DNA of 62,775 nucleotides from Thermoproteota archaeon. Lineage in GTDB: Archaea; Asgardarchaeota; Jordiarchaeia; Jordiarchaeales; Freyrarchaeaceae. The position numbers and the translations under genes are program-made. This document shows, piece after piece, positions 19,949 through 30,006 of this stretch; the first letter of the stretch is position 1, and every line of letters begins with the position of its first letter. The stretch is from NCBI GenBank assembly GCA_029258835.1, contig JAPDJY010000025.1:1-62775 (forward strand). The letters run 5' to 3'. The notes below the pieces were generated by a model that ran no database searches, was not told the origin of the DNA, and saw only the letters and a program-made list of their open reading frames with translations.

Positions 19949-20284
19949 CTTTGATTTCCAGAAGCCCTGATAGCTCAAAGAATGGAGGAAGCAACTTAAG
20001 TAGCCAATTCTCGTAGCTTCAGTTTAAGGAGCAACATTATTTAAGGCTGCGGTTAATGAGGGCTTATAACCCACAAGTCGCCTACGCCGTCAAGTGACCA
20101 GTCACTTGGGAGTTAAACTAAAAATAATAGGTTTGATTAACCGTTTTACAGGGTTCCAGTAAAAACGCTAAAATCAGGGAGCCTTATGTTTGAAAAGAGT
20201 TAAATACGGTTGAGGGAGATAGCATTCTGAAAACTTGTTTCTTTCTTTTCTCCCTGAAGAGTAGAGAAGATTGGAGGTAAAGTT

Positions 20285-21268
20285 TTGCCTGTGATTCTCT
20301 ATGGTGGTTTCGAGGTTCACCCGTTCCTCAGGTGGATCGTTCAAAATTACATTACCGAGGATTTAGTCGTGGTGGCTAATACCGTTCACGATTACATGTT
20401 TTCCGGCCTTAGAATATGCTACGAGGCCGATAATCTAATTCTTGCAGCATCTAAGATAGGGGGGCTAAAGGGCGGCGAGAGGTATGCCTGCTATAGCTTG
20501 CTGGAGAAGATGGGCGAATCGGTTTTCCCTCCGGTTCCCGAAGAAATGCTGGCGTTTAGCATATTTAGGCATGGAGTCCTGCAAAAGGGTGCCTCCCTTG
20601 ACGAGGCATTTGAAAGACTTTGCGGTAGCATCAGGCTAGGATTCATGGTCATTCCTATTACAGAGGACATGCCGAGTATCAGGGTGAAGGCTGATGGGAA
20701 AAGTATGAGACTACTTGAATTCCTTCTCTCTAAGGAGGAGGGGAAGAGAGTAGGGGAAGCCCGCGTTGACTGGGAATTTAAACCCCTTAAACGGGCACTC
20801 AGCGTAATGAGGAGTAGCGAGTCTATCTTAATAGTCCTAAGCGACCCCATCAGCATTTTACCGACCATAAGAAACGAGGATGTACGTAACACGCTGAGAA
20901 ACTGTGAGGGGGAAATCACACTGATATGCCCACCCATTTCGCCTAAAAGTAGGCAAGTTTTAAACGCGTTAAAAATTGAGGCGTCACCATTAGGTGTAGC
21001 GAGGGTCTTTGAGGGATTAACTGATAGGATATTTATCGATGATGCTTATGCGGACTTAAAGAGAGAGATTTCGTCGTTAGATGTGGAGGTGATCACGGTA
21101 AACATCTCTCAAGCTTCACTAGAAGGGCAGATCCCAAAGGCGATACTTGAAGCCATCCCCTTAAGAAGGAAGAGGGCTGCTGCAATAAGAGGATTGGTGA
21201 AGACGGTTAAAGAGGAAATAACTAAGGCTATAGGGCAGGAAAAAGAAGAGGAAAATTATAGAAGGTAG
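20285..21268 (+). CDS. CofD-like (2-phospho-L-lactate transferase family), divergent
   Basis: LVVVANTxxD..SGLRIC, SDPxSIxPxI, EASPLGVA; the N-terminal GGxG and other conserved motifs look eroded. Confidence 0.65.
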   Translation: MPVILYGGFEVHPFLRWIVQNYITEDLVVVANTVHDYMFSGLRICYEADNLILAASKIGGLKGGERYACYSLLEKMGESVFPPVPEEMLAFSIFRHGVLQKGASLDEAFERLCGSIRLGFMVIPITEDMPSIRVKADGKSMRLLEFLLSKEEGKRVGEARVDWEFKPLKRALSVMRSSESILIVLSDPISILPTIRNEDVRNTLRNCEGEITLICPPISPKSRQVLNALKIEASPLGVARVFEGLTDRIFIDDAYADLKREISSLDVEVITVNISQASLEGQIPKAILEAIPLRRKRAAAIRGLVKTVKEEITKAIGQEKEEENYRR

Positions 21269-21302
21269 CGAAGGGCGACGCTGCGAGTGGAGGACGACAG
21301 CC

Positions 21303-22538
21303 ATGGCTTTAAGAGTGCTTCACGTCATAGTTCCACGCGAAAAAACGGGGGATGTTGTAGAGGCGTTAAAGGAGGAGGGTTGGGAATACTCCTGCATCTC
21401 AGGAGTCGACAACACGCTGATTTTGGTCACCGCCAACTTGGAAGAGATGGAGGACGTAGTAAGTACGCTGAACGCCCTCGGGGTAGGTAGAGAGTATGGA
21501 AGTACGTATTTAACACCTGTCTTAGCGTCCTCCCCTCAGCCTGCAAGGGAAAGGAGGCTGGCCTTGGAGAGAGCATCAAAAGAGGAGATAATGGCTGTAA
21601 TTGAAAGGTCAGGGAGGCTGACTGGCAATTACCTTCTATTAACAGCGCTTGGAGCGGTTCTAGCTGCCCTTGGCCTGCTGGCGAATAATGTAGCCGTAAT
21701 AATAGGGTCTATGCTGGTGGCTCCCTTGATGGGGCCTATAACAGGAACCGCCATGGGCACCGTCTTAAGCGACAGGCGACTTTTCGAGGAGGGCGTCAAA
21801 GCAGAAGTAATAGGAATAGGCATCTCTATTCTAATAGGCATCCTATTAACGAAGGTTTTCCCCGGTGCAGCCCCAACGCCTGAAATACTAGCCCGTGCAC
21901 AGCCTACAATAGCTGACTTCGCGTTGGCTATAGTGTCTGGTTTAGCAGCGGCAGCATGCCTTACTGGAGGCATAGAAGCCGCCCTTGTGGGGGTTGCCAT
22001 AGCCGCGGCGCTAATGCCTCCAGCAGCCAACGTTGGAATAGGGATAGGGCTTGGAAACCCTCTCATTTCCTTAGGGTCAGCATTTCTCCTTCTAATGAAC
22101 ATACTCAGCATAAATCTAGCATGCACTCTCATGTTTTGGATCCAAGGTATAAGGCCGATTGCTGGGAGGCGCAGGATAGTAGCTGCAAGAGTGTTAAAAC
22201 GTAGGATAATTACGGTTCTTTTAGCCCTCCTCGTCCTCTCTCTGCCTATCGGACTAACAACTCAGGGGATATATGAACAGGCGAAGGTGACGCCTGTCGC
22301 AACGATGGCGCTTTACTCTCAGGTTCTGGAGGCAGGAGGAATCGTTGGCAACCTTAACGTTGCGTACGATAGAGTCAACAAACTCACGATAATTCAGGCA
22401 GTAGTCTACTCTAAAACTCCATTAGGAACAGACTTTGCTAAGAAAGTTAGCGTTATAACGACCGTGGTATCCGGAGTCCCAGCAGTAACGGTCATAAGCA
22501 GTCTTCAAGTCAATTCGATATCAATAGCGTTGGGATAG
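21303..22538 (+). CDS. TIGR00341/DUF389 family membrane protein
   Basis: AVIIGSMLVAPLMGP, GVAIAAALMPP. Confidence 0.9.
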   Translation: MALRVLHVIVPREKTGDVVEALKEEGWEYSCISGVDNTLILVTANLEEMEDVVSTLNALGVGREYGSTYLTPVLASSPQPARERRLALERASKEEIMAVIERSGRLTGNYLLLTALGAVLAALGLLANNVAVIIGSMLVAPLMGPITGTAMGTVLSDRRLFEEGVKAEVIGIGISILIGILLTKVFPGAAPTPEILARAQPTIADFALAIVSGLAAAACLTGGIEAALVGVAIAAALMPPAANVGIGIGLGNPLISLGSAFLLLMNILSINLACTLMFWIQGIRPIAGRRRIVAARVLKRRIITVLLALLVLSLPIGLTTQGIYEQAKVTPVATMALYSQVLEAGGIVGNLNVAYDRVNKLTIIQAVVYSKTPLGTDFAKKVSVITTVVSGVPAVTVISSLQVNSISIALG

Positions 22539-22566
22539 ATCGAAAAGTAAGAAGGCTTAACAACTT

Positions 22567-23373
22567 TTACAATGGAATTCGAACCCACTCATCACTTATT
22601 CTTGCAGCTTTTAATATTCTAGCTGCTAACGGCTCGTCTCTGGCTTCTAAAACGACATCGTGTGTGTCAAGTATAAACGGCCGGTCTACCTTTCCAACTA
22701 CTCCGCCGTCATACATGCACAGAATTACTGTTTCTTTAAGCTTGATTTTTCTGATTCTTTCCTCGAAAATAAAGGGCTTCTTTGAGTGCGGCCTATTTTT
22801 CAAGTATGTTGAAGCATCGAAAACGATTAGGAGCCCTGAGAAACTCCTTTCAAGCGCCTTCTCCTGAAATTTTGATACTTGCTTAACCTGGTAGTACCCG
22901 TCTAGGGTTGACTCATAAAACTCGCTTAAATCCTCTAGGAGAAACGCGTTCTTCACGTTAACACGTACTCTTGGTTCTCCCAAAACCATTTGAATGCACA
23001 TGTAACCCTTCTCTAACCCGCTGAGAATACTATTCTTAACTATTAATTCCACGCCTTCGCTGCTTCCAAGTAGGGCTACGTGTGTCGAGGGAGAGAAACC
23101 GCCTCCTAAAATTAAGTCTAATCTCTCTACTCCAGTATGTATCATGAGAGGAAGCTTTCTTGCGATTTCTTTTAGCTTATCACAAACGGTTATGTACATT
23201 CCTTCACCGATCTCTTCACACCAATACCCACCGCAAACTGGGACGGAATAATCTAGCATGCACCTATCAGCTTTATCCTCACCACTCACCCAGAACCTGC
23301 AGGGCTTATTAAACGAAAAATTAAGATATTTTTTGAGTAGTTCGCAACTACTCACAAAGTCCCCCCAATCCAA
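22567..23373 (-). CDS. Cys-rich N-terminus + degenerate KaiC/RAD55 (MEDS-like) domain
   Basis: TGVERLDLILGGG; Walker A lacks GKT; ILCMYD; THDVV. Confidence 0.6.
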   Translation of the reverse strand: MDWGDFVSSCELLKKYLNFSFNKPCRFWVSGEDKADRCMLDYSVPVCGGYWCEEIGEGMYITVCDKLKEIARKLPLMIHTGVERLDLILGGGFSPSTHVALLGSSEGVELIVKNSILSGLEKGYMCIQMVLGEPRVRVNVKNAFLLEDLSEFYESTLDGYYQVKQVSKFQEKALERSFSGLLIVFDASTYLKNRPHSKKPFIFEERIRKIKLKETVILCMYDGGVVGKVDRPFILDTHDVVLEARDEPLAARILKAARISDEWVRIPL

Positions 23374-23544
23374 TCCCCGCTCAACACTCTAAACCATATC
23401 AAACCCTTTTATAACTTTTTCCCGGCACATCCAATTTGACATGTCCCCCTGAAAAGAAGGAGATGGTTGGAAAGCATGTAGTAATCCGGTCGTTTGGAAT
23501 TGTAAATTTTTTCTTTCAAGAAAGAGTTAAAAATTAAGGAGTTC

Positions 23545-24009
23545 ATGATGAAAGAACAGGTGGGAGTGAAGGTAGGAAAGGGAGGATTCCGTATTTCGTC
23601 AAAATTTTGGGGTAGGAAGAGAGCTAAGAAAATTTCTCTGGTGAGGGTAAAAAGAGAGGTAGCTGAGGGGTTACTGGAGATTTCTCGGGAGCTTTACCCT
23701 AGAGAATTTATCGGTCTATTAAGAGCGGATAATAAAGGAGTAATTTCTGAAGTAATTATACCTCCCTTTAGCGTCTATGGAGCGGGGGAGGCATCCTTCT
23801 CCCCTTACATGTTGCCATTTGACCTTTCAATAGTCGGCAGCGTTCACAGCCATCCTTCAGGAATAAAGTTTCCTTCAAAGCGTGATGTCAACGTAGCCTT
23901 CAGCTTTGGTGTTGTACATGTAATAGTCACCTACCCTTATACCAGCCTTAATGATATTTACGCGTATGATAAGGATGGAAACCCTATAAAGATCGTCATT
24001 GTTGAGTGA
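23545..24009 (+). CDS. JAB1/MPN+/Mov34 metallo-isopeptidase
   Basis: PREFIGLL, GSVHSHPSG...PSxxD JAMM motif. Confidence 0.92.
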   Translation: MMKEQVGVKVGKGGFRISSKFWGRKRAKKISLVRVKREVAEGLLEISRELYPREFIGLLRADNKGVISEVIIPPFSVYGAGEASFSPYMLPFDLSIVGSVHSHPSGIKFPSKRDVNVAFSFGVVHVIVTYPYTSLNDIYAYDKDGNPIKIVIVE

Positions 24010-24278
24010 TTAGCGGGGTACTGCTCGAAGAAACGGTGAAAACCTTTCTTTAAAAGTTCCCGTGTAACAGATGATGAACCAGCTGAGTGAGGTTAAATTT
24101 ATGTAGTTAAGTTCACCTTGATAATTATAAGTTGAAAGATCAGCTTAAGAGGGTTAAAATCGAACTGTTTAATGTTCATTGTTAACCTGTTATGAAGAAG
24201 TTTCGGCTTAAATTAGATGACCTATAGAGGGTTAGATGCCCGAAGTGTATGTTATTAATTATGTTGAGGTGAAGGCTG

Positions 24279-24890
24279 TTGTCTGATGATAAAAAGAGGG
24301 TTGATGAAGCTGATGCAAGAGCCCTTGCTCAGATATTAGAGTACCTGTTTAGGGTTCCAATGGATGAGGAGATAGGTAGGAAAGCGGCGGAAATAGATCA
24401 CATTGAGTTGATGGCGAGGGCCCCCATGAAGCCGCACTTTGAAGGCACTATAGCTGATACTTGGATTCCGAAGTTTACCGTGACAGAGTATAAGGGCGAA
24501 ACCCTTAAGTTTTACTTGAAGGATCTTTACGAGACCGCAGAGCTTATGAAAACCATCTGGGAAGAGAACAAGAAGCTTAAGAAGATTGCTGAGGAGCTCA
24601 GACTGGAGAGAAACCCTCGCTACCATGGAAAGTACATGGTCACATCGGTGGCTGTTTTCTTTAACGATGAATATAATAGTTTCTTTTACATGAATTATGA
24701 CCCTAAGAAGAGGACATACTTCTTCGCGTACCCTAAAAGGACTGCTCCAAGGGAAGTGCCACCCCTCCAGCTGAAATGGGAGGAACGGTTAAGGAAGCTG
24801 GGTTACAAAAAAATGGTTGATGAAAAAGAAATTAAAAAGGTCATGAGGCAGTACTTTAAAGGGAGAATGGAACCATTTATCTTCTTCTAA
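24279..24890 (+). CDS. Hypothetical protein
   Basis: 203-aa ORF with SD GAGGTG upstream; no family recognised. Confidence 0.75.
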   Translation: MSDDKKRVDEADARALAQILEYLFRVPMDEEIGRKAAEIDHIELMARAPMKPHFEGTIADTWIPKFTVTEYKGETLKFYLKDLYETAELMKTIWEENKKLKKIAEELRLERNPRYHGKYMVTSVAVFFNDEYNSFFYMNYDPKKRTYFFAYPKRTAPREVPPLQLKWEERLRKLGYKKMVDEKEIKKVMRQYFKGRMEPFIFF

Positions 24891-25061
24891 CAGGTGGTAA
24901 ATTTAACCGGTTTTAGAAAAAGGATGAAAAGTATTGTAGATCTGGACGGTTGAGTGAAGCGTACTCTTTTTTGTTCGGTCGATAAGAAAAGTAAAGTTTT
25001 ATTAGAAATTATTTAAAATGATATTTTTCATATTTCATGGAGAAGCGTTAAGGGATAGGGA

Positions 25062-25946
25062 ATGCTTAGGAAACTGTTGATATTACATAAAGCGTCAGGT
25101 GTCCCTCTTTTCAAGGTAGACCTTAAGGGCACAGTTGTTAATTCCGACGATGTTCTTCTTGGCGGAATGCTGCGGGCGTTAGGAGATCTTGCTGAGGAGT
25201 TGAAGATAGGGGACTTTTCCTCGTTTAAAACGTCCGACAAGTTTTTCCTAATTTCCTCCTTAAAGCATATACTGGTAGTTTTAGTGTTAGATCGTGAAGA
25301 CGATGCCGAAGAGTATAAGCAGTTCGCGTCGGAGATTGCATGGTCCTTTGAGACGACGTATTCTCTTGAGGAATGGGATGGAAACGTAGAACGGTTCTCA
25401 GGGTTTAAAGATAAGGTTATGATGGCTCTTGAACGGTTAATATGGAGGAACATGTCTGAGGGGTATGATGGGAAGAATCTCCCTAATGGAGTTGTAGGAT
25501 ATGTGCTGTACGACCGAGGTAACCGGCGCTTCTGGGCGGAGCTGAAAGTTGACGTTAGAGTCCTCGAGCTCATTCAGCTATCGGAAACCATGCCTGGCGA
25601 AGTCGTTAAGGTGAACGATGAACTCCTAACATACCTTTTCATCAAGAAGAAACGTGAACCATTCAGGATTATTGCCCTCTTATCCAAGGACATGCCAGAT
25701 AGGGATGTTCAACGTTACGTAAAGCTGTTCGAGTTCATTTGTGAGAACGCAATGAAAACGATCACGTTAAATAGGAACTTGGTTACCGCTGCAAAGGCGC
25801 TTTTCGGCGAGGAGACGATAGATGAGTTCATGGAGAAAGTTGAGGGCAAGTTCTTACTGGAGATTCTTATGGGATTTGAGGATCCCCTACAAACTCTTGA
25901 AGTAGTCCGTAAAATGGATGTTCGAGGAATGGTCTCCTTAGACTAA
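25062..25946 (+). CDS. Longin/roadblock-like domain protein (Asgard type)
   Basis: LLILHKASGVPLF...LLGGMLRAL..LAEEL...F...Y..EEWDG pattern typical of Asgard longin-like domains; possible second copy. Confidence 0.6.
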   Translation: MLRKLLILHKASGVPLFKVDLKGTVVNSDDVLLGGMLRALGDLAEELKIGDFSSFKTSDKFFLISSLKHILVVLVLDREDDAEEYKQFASEIAWSFETTYSLEEWDGNVERFSGFKDKVMMALERLIWRNMSEGYDGKNLPNGVVGYVLYDRGNRRFWAELKVDVRVLELIQLSETMPGEVVKVNDELLTYLFIKKKREPFRIIALLSKDMPDRDVQRYVKLFEFICENAMKTITLNRNLVTAAKALFGEETIDEFMEKVEGKFLLEILMGFEDPLQTLEVVRKMDVRGMVSLD

Positions 25947-25959
25947 AAAGGGAGCCACC

Positions 25960-26988
25960 ATGAGGGAGGGTTATAGTTTGTTTGAGAAGATTTCATTACT
26001 GTATGAGATATTGAAGTCGCCGATTCTTTTCTATGATAAGATTAGAATGTTGAAAGACATTAGGAAGTACATGCGTATGCTGGTGATCGAGGCTTTGGAG
26101 CCTGCCTTGTCGAGAATGCCTATCGGAAAGGAAATCCAGATAGAAAAGTTGATGAAAGTTGAAGGATATGTTGATGGGGAGCTACTCTTAGAGCTGCTGC
26201 GTTTTGTGGAGGAGGAGGGGGTCATACGCGTTAAACAGGGGAAGATTGTGCTTTTGAGGGAGGCCCCTGAGCGGCCTTTCTCAAACATGCTGGAGAAGAT
26301 GCACCCTAAACTGTTGGAGGCTTTCGGGACTTTTGGGGGGCCCACCGTGAAGGTGATCCGTGCACGCCTCTCCGGGGATGTTGATGAGGTTGGGTCAGCC
26401 GAGCTTAGAGTATACTGGAGTATAGCTCTTGGAGGGGAATTCTACAGAATTCAGAGGGATAAAGCGATAAGGTTTTCAAGGGTGAAGGAAGAAGCTGGGA
26501 AGCGCACAGGCACGTTCAGGCTGCTTGACTATGGCTGTGGAAGCGGGGAGGGAACGGTGCAACTATTTAACCACCTTTCAGAGGTTAAGGATGAACTGGA
26601 AATAGATGGATGTGACGTATCCGAGGAGCTGCTCAGGATGGCGAGGGAAGACACGGGTTTAGGTCTCCCAATACATTTCTTCAGCCTTAAGGAGGAGAGG
26701 CCCGCCGAGGGACGGTATGACGCAATATTCATATCCCACGTGCTTCACTGGTTAGAGGACCCGGTTAGGGTTGTTGGCGAGTTAAAAAGCTACTTGAAGC
26801 CGGACGGCTTCATATTTGGAGTTGAAAGCACCATATCAGACCGCTTATACCCTGTAGACCTCTTCATCCGCCTATATGGTGCAAAGGGATTCCCCACCTT
26901 TGAAGAGCTACAAAGATGGTTCGGTGAGAATAACATGAAGCTTAACTATGACCCGGTCTGGTTCTCCTTTAAGGCAACACAAGTCTAA
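25960..26988 (+). CDS. Class I SAM-dependent methyltransferase with N-terminal wHTH-like region
   Basis: LLDYGCGSG, GCDVS, YDAIFISHVLHW, LKPDG. Confidence 0.88.
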   Translation: MREGYSLFEKISLLYEILKSPILFYDKIRMLKDIRKYMRMLVIEALEPALSRMPIGKEIQIEKLMKVEGYVDGELLLELLRFVEEEGVIRVKQGKIVLLREAPERPFSNMLEKMHPKLLEAFGTFGGPTVKVIRARLSGDVDEVGSAELRVYWSIALGGEFYRIQRDKAIRFSRVKEEAGKRTGTFRLLDYGCGSGEGTVQLFNHLSEVKDELEIDGCDVSEELLRMAREDTGLGLPIHFFSLKEERPAEGRYDAIFISHVLHWLEDPVRVVGELKSYLKPDGFIFGVESTISDRLYPVDLFIRLYGAKGFPTFEELQRWFGENNMKLNYDPVWFSFKATQV

Positions 26989-27080
26989 AGGGCACGAGCC
27001 ACGGAAGACCTTTAAGGCAGCCCTCCTCCTAGAAAACCTTGATAAAAAGGATGGAAGAAGGCTTCTTTGGGGGCTTCTTG

Positions 27081-28877
27081 ATGGTGCGCATAGCGGTTAT
27101 TGACAGGGACAGGTGTAAGCCTAATGACTGCTCTAAGGAATGCTACCGGTTCTGCCCGGGGGTCAGGATGGGGCAGGAAACCATAGTTTTCGACGAGGAA
27201 ACAGGGAAGGCAAGGATCATAGAGTCTCTTTGTGAGGGGGAAGGGATTTGCGTTAAAAAGTGTCCCTTCCACGCCATACGAATAGTGAACCTTCCCGAGG
27301 AGCTCGAAAGCGACTTAACGTTCAGGTACGGGCCAAACATGTTTAAGCTCTACCGCTTACCGATACCCAAAAGCGGAAGGGTGACCGGGCTCATCGGGCC
27401 GAACGGGGTAGGGAAGACGACGGCTATGCGTATACTAGCAGGAGAGCTGAAGCCTAACTTTGGACGCTATGACGACCCGCCTAGCTGGGAGGAGATAATT
27501 AAATACTATAGGGGAAGCGAACTGCAGGGGTACTTTGAAAGGATGTCTAACGGTGACTTAAAGGTTGTTCACAAACCGCAGAACATAACGCTGCTCCCTA
27601 AAGTTGTTAAAGGGGTTGTTGGGGAACTCTTAGAGAGGGTGGACGAAAGAGGCGTCATGGAGAAACTTGTGAGGGAGCTTGAGCTTAAGGAGGTTCTTGA
27701 AAGAGAGCTGAGCGTTCTTAGTGGAGGGGAGCTTCAACGGGTGGCTATAGCGGCCGCAATATCCCGCGACGCTGAGGTTTACCTCTTTGACGAGCCTTCA
27801 AGCTACCTAGACATATACCAGAGGCTTAATGCTGCACGCGTAATAAGAAGGCTCGTGGACGAGGGGAAAACAGTGGTGTGCATAGAACATGACTTAGCGC
27901 TGGTTGACTACCTAAGCGATGTTGTATGTATGTTTTACGGGGAGCCCGGAGTGTATGGTGTGGTAACGAACCCCCATGGGGTGAGAGAAGGTATAAACAT
28001 ATATTTGGACGGTTACCTTCCCGACGAAAACCTTAGGTTTAGAAGCGAAGCGATAAGGTTCCATGTGAACCCGGTTCCATCTGAGAGGTGGACGAGCGAA
28101 GACGTCCTCCTCTCTTTCGGAGAGATGGAGAAGCGACTCGGCGAGTTCTCGCTGAGGGTGGAGGGTGGAGAGGTTCACAGGGGAGAGGTCGTCGGGATAA
28201 TAGGTCCAAACGGCATCGGGAAAACGACGTTTATAAAGCTCGTGGCAGGATTACTGAAGCCGGATACGGGAGCTGCTCCGCCCAGAACATTAAAGGTGAG
28301 CTACAAGCCACAGTACTTGACTCCGAGCTACGATGGAACAGTCCAGTCGTTACTGCTAGAATCTGGAGGGAAAGAGGTTTTCTCAAGTGCGTTTAAGACG
28401 GAGGTCTTAGAGCCGTTAGAGGTTACTCCTCTTCTAGATAGGGAGGTTAAAAGTTTAAGCGGCGGTGAACTTCAGAGGGTCGCTGTAGCCGCATGCTTGG
28501 CTAGAGAAGCAGACTTATACTTGCTGGACGAGCCAAGCGCGTTCTTGTCTTCCGAGCAGAGGCTTAACATGGCAAAGGTTGTAAGGAGGACTGTGGAGAA
28601 AGCCGAGGCGGCTGCATTCGTTGTAGAACACGACATAGTCCTCGTAGATGCGATATCAGACAGCTTAATGGTCTTCACGGGGAAGCCTGGAGTGATGGGG
28701 GTTGCCAATAAGCCTATGGATCTAAGGAGCGGCATGAACGTCTTCTTAAGGCAGATGAACGTGACTTTTCGAAGGGATCCTAGGACAGGAAGGCCACGTG
28801 TGAACAAGGAGGGAAGCCGCCTTGACAGAGAGCAAAAGGCGATAGGAGAATTCTATTACGTGGGAGGGGAGGAATGA
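27081..28877 (+). CDS. rli1: Ribosome recycling ATPase ABCE1/Rli1
   Basis: Fe-S N-domain (CKPNDC..EC..CP; C.G.GICVKKCP), two NBDs, RPRVNK; ATG at 27081. Confidence 0.97.
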   Translation: MVRIAVIDRDRCKPNDCSKECYRFCPGVRMGQETIVFDEETGKARIIESLCEGEGICVKKCPFHAIRIVNLPEELESDLTFRYGPNMFKLYRLPIPKSGRVTGLIGPNGVGKTTAMRILAGELKPNFGRYDDPPSWEEIIKYYRGSELQGYFERMSNGDLKVVHKPQNITLLPKVVKGVVGELLERVDERGVMEKLVRELELKEVLERELSVLSGGELQRVAIAAAISRDAEVYLFDEPSSYLDIYQRLNAARVIRRLVDEGKTVVCIEHDLALVDYLSDVVCMFYGEPGVYGVVTNPHGVREGINIYLDGYLPDENLRFRSEAIRFHVNPVPSERWTSEDVLLSFGEMEKRLGEFSLRVEGGEVHRGEVVGIIGPNGIGKTTFIKLVAGLLKPDTGAAPPRTLKVSYKPQYLTPSYDGTVQSLLLESGGKEVFSSAFKTEVLEPLEVTPLLDREVKSLSGGELQRVAVAACLAREADLYLLDEPSAFLSSEQRLNMAKVVRRTVEKAEAAAFVVEHDIVLVDAISDSLMVFTGKPGVMGVANKPMDLRSGMNVFLRQMNVTFRRDPRTGRPRVNKEGSRLDREQKAIGEFYYVGGEE

Positions 28878-28904
28878 CTTCTCTTATGCTTTTAAAGGTG
28901 AGGT

Positions 28905-29060
28905 TCACGCTTGATAGGCTTTTATGGGTAATGTGTGTTTTGATCTGTCAGGCGTTTCCCCATCACCGAGGCGTACGCCTCTACGCCTCTGATGGGGCTT
29001 TCGGGGGACCCCGGAGCCCCGCATCCGAATGTTCCGCCCCATAGGCCACCCTGTGGCCAA
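28905..29060 (-). CDS. Putative small basic protein (51 aa), alternatively a structured ncRNA
   Basis: TTG at 29060 five nt after GGGGTG; MATGWPMGRNIRMRGSGVPRKPHQRRRGVRLGDGETPDRSKHTLPIKAYQA. Confidence 0.45.
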   Translation of the reverse strand: MATGWPMGRNIRMRGSGVPRKPHQRRRGVRLGDGETPDRSKHTLPIKAYQA

Positions 29061-29259
29061 ACCAGCACCCCAAACACCCACCAAACATTTAACTGCTTCG
29101 CAAGGCATCTTAAGTTGATTAGAGGGGGTCGCGAGGGGGTTTAATTGAGAAAGGAAATTTTGAATGGGCTCTTCGCGGCGCGTTGGCTATGTGCAAAACT
29201 CTAACTTTATATTTAAGCTGTTTCACCGTTTATTCGGAACCATTTAAAGGGGTTCTAGG

Positions 29260-29988
29260 ATGATCGGTGGAAGCGAGGTTCCATATCTCCTTAGTGGAGA
29301 AAAACTGTTATGGGTTGTCCGGGGAGTTAAGGTTAGCGATGCTGAGGGGGTTGAGCTGGAGACAGATAAAGGAGACCTTTACGTAACTAATATGAGGCTT
29401 ATCTTTCACGGGAAGCTTGGATCCTTCTCGAAGCTCTTAAGAAAAGGAAAGAAGGGGGTTGCAACCCTCAGCCTTTTCTTTAGGAACATGGAGGAGATTA
29501 AGGCGGTCGGCGTCATCTCTAAAGGACTTGAAGTTAAGTATCCTAAGAGCAGCAGGTTCTCACTGTTGAAAAGTGATAGGGTAGTTTTAAAGGGGCTAAC
29601 GGATGAGCAGATTGGACGCATAGTATCCATCGTGGAGGAGTTCAAGGAGTCCTCGAAGCCCATCCCTGTAGCAGAGCTGGCAGGGGAGGAAGGGGAAACG
29701 GGAAAGGAAGGATTAATAAGCAAGATCCTTAAGGTGATAAACCCTGATGAGGGAAGGGAGGGAGCGGTCAGTTTCGGGATAGCCGATATTTTTAAGAGGA
29801 AAAAGGAGGTAGAAGCGAAAAGAAAGGAGGAGGAGCTACTTAAAGTTCCCCCAGACGTGGAGGTTGAAGGGGAAATGGAGCTTATATGTCCTGCTTGCGG
29901 AGAGTATGTGCTATGGCGGCCAGGAATGTACGTTTGCCCGGCGTGCGGAAGGAAGGTGAACTTCTTCTCGGGAAAGGTTCTGGATTAA
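29260..29988 (+). CDS. PH-like (GRAM/GLUE-like) domain + C-terminal zinc ribbon
   Basis: GEKLL...GDLYVTNMRLIF; CPACG...CPACG. Confidence 0.6.
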   Translation: MIGGSEVPYLLSGEKLLWVVRGVKVSDAEGVELETDKGDLYVTNMRLIFHGKLGSFSKLLRKGKKGVATLSLFFRNMEEIKAVGVISKGLEVKYPKSSRFSLLKSDRVVLKGLTDEQIGRIVSIVEEFKESSKPIPVAELAGEEGETGKEGLISKILKVINPDEGREGAVSFGIADIFKRKKEVEAKRKEEELLKVPPDVEVEGEMELICPACGEYVLWRPGMYVCPACGRKVNFFSGKVLD

Positions 29989-30006
29989 ATTAGGGTTACC
30001 ATCGAG

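Noticed and set aside
20151-20180. ORB-like motif GTTCCAGTAAAAAC (and TCCACAGGTGGAAAC near 42386) as a replication origin
   Set aside because: Single degenerate copies, no cdc6/orc1 nearby and no clustered ORBs
28925-29085. RNase P, SRP, 5S rRNA, tRNA or hammerhead ribozyme
   Set aside because: Lacks GAGGAAAGUCC, the SRP helix-8 motif, a cloverleaf and the CUGAUGA core
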